Assembly: GCF_000406145.1 (NCBI RefSeq)
Contig: NZ_CM001976.1
Span: 2,921,337-2,953,336, forward strand
Reading direction: 5' to 3'
Source of the DNA: Dickeya dadantii NCPPB 898
GTDB taxonomy: Bacteria > Pseudomonadota > Gammaproteobacteria > Enterobacterales > Enterobacteriaceae
Length of the DNA: 32,000 nucleotides
Part shown: positions 31,225-32,000 of the stretch, piece by piece
Numbering within the stretch: position 1 is the first letter of the stretch
Layout: every line of letters begins with the position of its first letter
Translations under genes and position numbers: made by a program
Notes under the pieces: model-generated
Database searches by the model: none
What the model saw: the letters and a program-made list of their open reading frames with translations, nothing else
What the model was told of the DNA's origin: nothing

Positions 31225-31248
31225 AAACACCTCTTCTGTATGATTACC

Positions 31249-31308
31249 CATCGACATGATGAGCAAATCGACATGATGGTCAAATCGGCCTGATGAAATC
31301 GGCATGAT
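31249..31308. repeat. Four imperfect tandem copies of ATCGRCATGATG in the thiK-nagZ spacer
   Basis: atcgacatgatg (31249-31260), atcgacatgatg (31266-31277), atcggcctgatg (31283-31294) and atcggcatgata (31297-31308). The periods are 17, 17 and 14 bp. Confidence 0.75.
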
Positions 31309-31337
31309 AGCCAAACGCCCGCTCCGGCGGTAAAGGC

Positions 31338-32000
31338 TCAACCGCGCCACCCCGCTACCCGCCGTAACGCGTCAGCCGTCTGTCGGTAATACGTCTCACC
31401 GCTCTGCCGCCAGCGGACTTCGAACCACATCAGCACCAGATAATCCACCCAATATTGCCAGCGCGCCGCCTGCCGCCGCAATGACGCCGGGCGCAGGTGA
31501 CGCCAGTGCCGGCAATACGCCTGTAAAAAATCCTGCTGACGCGCGTCATCCAGCTCGCAGGCCCGGAACAACAACGCCAGCTCCAGCCCGATATCGCCGT
31601 CCGCGGCGTACTCCCAGTCAATCAATCGCCAGCCGACCTCGGTACACAGCAGATTACCGGGATGCACATCCAGATGCAGCGGCGCGATCAGCAACGGCGT
31701 CGGCAACGGCTTATCCACCACTTGCTGATAGGCGCGCCTCAGACGCGGCGAGCGCCGGGCAGGGTCCATATGCTGCCAGTGCTGCGTCATCAGGCGTTTC
31801 AACGGCAGCGGATAGCCGTAGCGCGGCTGATGATGCAGACGCGCCAACATCGCCGCCAGTTGTCCTTCCGCCAGCGACTGCGCAAACTGGCGCGCATCGG
31901 CCGGCTCGCCCGCCAACCACTCCACCAGCAACCAGCCGTCGTGCCAGCACACCGGATGCGGTGCCAGCGACTGCCCAGCCAGTTGTCGCAACACATGAAA
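31338..32000 (-). CDS. thiK: Thiamine kinase ThiK (YcfN), C-terminal about 220 codons; the N-terminus lies beyond position 32000
   Basis: The frame is open to the window edge. Has kinase-like motifs ([28 protein letters not shown]) and a tail W......MWFE.RWRQ.G, as in E. coli ThiK. thiK-nagZ-ycfP-ndh synteny is preserved. The 'start' at 31994 in the track is an internal GTG. Confidence 0.88.
   Translation of the reverse strand, partial: FHVLRQLAGQSLAPHPVCWHDGWLLVEWLAGEPADARQFAQSLAEGQLAAMLARLHHQPRYGYPLPLKRLMTQHWQHMDPARRSPRLRRAYQQVVDKPLPTPLLIAPLHLDVHPGNLLCTEVGWRLIDWEYAADGDIGLELALLFRACELDDARQQDFLQAYCRHWRHLRPASLRRQAARWQYWVDYLVLMWFEVRWRQSGETYYRQTADALRRVAGWRG

Overview
This window is a chromosomal segment from a gamma-proteobacterium of the Enterobacterales. 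It is GC-rich (by eye mid-to-high 50s %), and it is not E. coli or Salmonella, because the gene order is a mosaic of several E. coli neighbourhoods. Almost all of it is tightly packed, recognisable housekeeping genes. In order: ldtD (5' part, C-terminus off-window), selO, a degenerate-EAL ydiV-like gene, lplA, nlpC, btuD-btuE-btuC, an unassigned 84-codon ORF, cobB-nagK-lolE-lolD-lolC, divergent mfd, an ERIC repeat, a CSS-motif EAL c-di-GMP phosphodiesterase, yegD, an arylamine N-acetyltransferase, a GH31 glycosidase + ExuT-like MFS + divergent LacI regulator, ycfJ, ndh, a miniature ERIC, ycfP, nagZ, and thiK (N-terminus off-window). I found no tRNA or rRNA genes, CRISPR array, transposase, integrase, phage gene or recognisable defence or toxin module. 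I do not see a convincing novel multi-gene system. The best leads are: (1) a 1-nt frameshift in the normally essential lolC; (2) the variable slot between mfd and ycfJ, especially the uncharacterised GH31 / hexuronate-type transporter / LacI locus; (3) an unassigned, coding-looking 84-codon ORF at a synteny breakpoint, overlapping the cobB 3' end; (4) several short tandem repeats that start at gene stop codons, plus two ERIC-family elements; (5) adjacent FNR-type and PdhR-type boxes upstream of ndh. The ORF track uses ATG, GTG and TTG starts and reports the longest ORF. I trimmed several genes (btuE, nagK, nagZ, ycfJ, LacI) to starts supported by Shine-Dalgarno motifs and by ortholog N-termini as I recall them.
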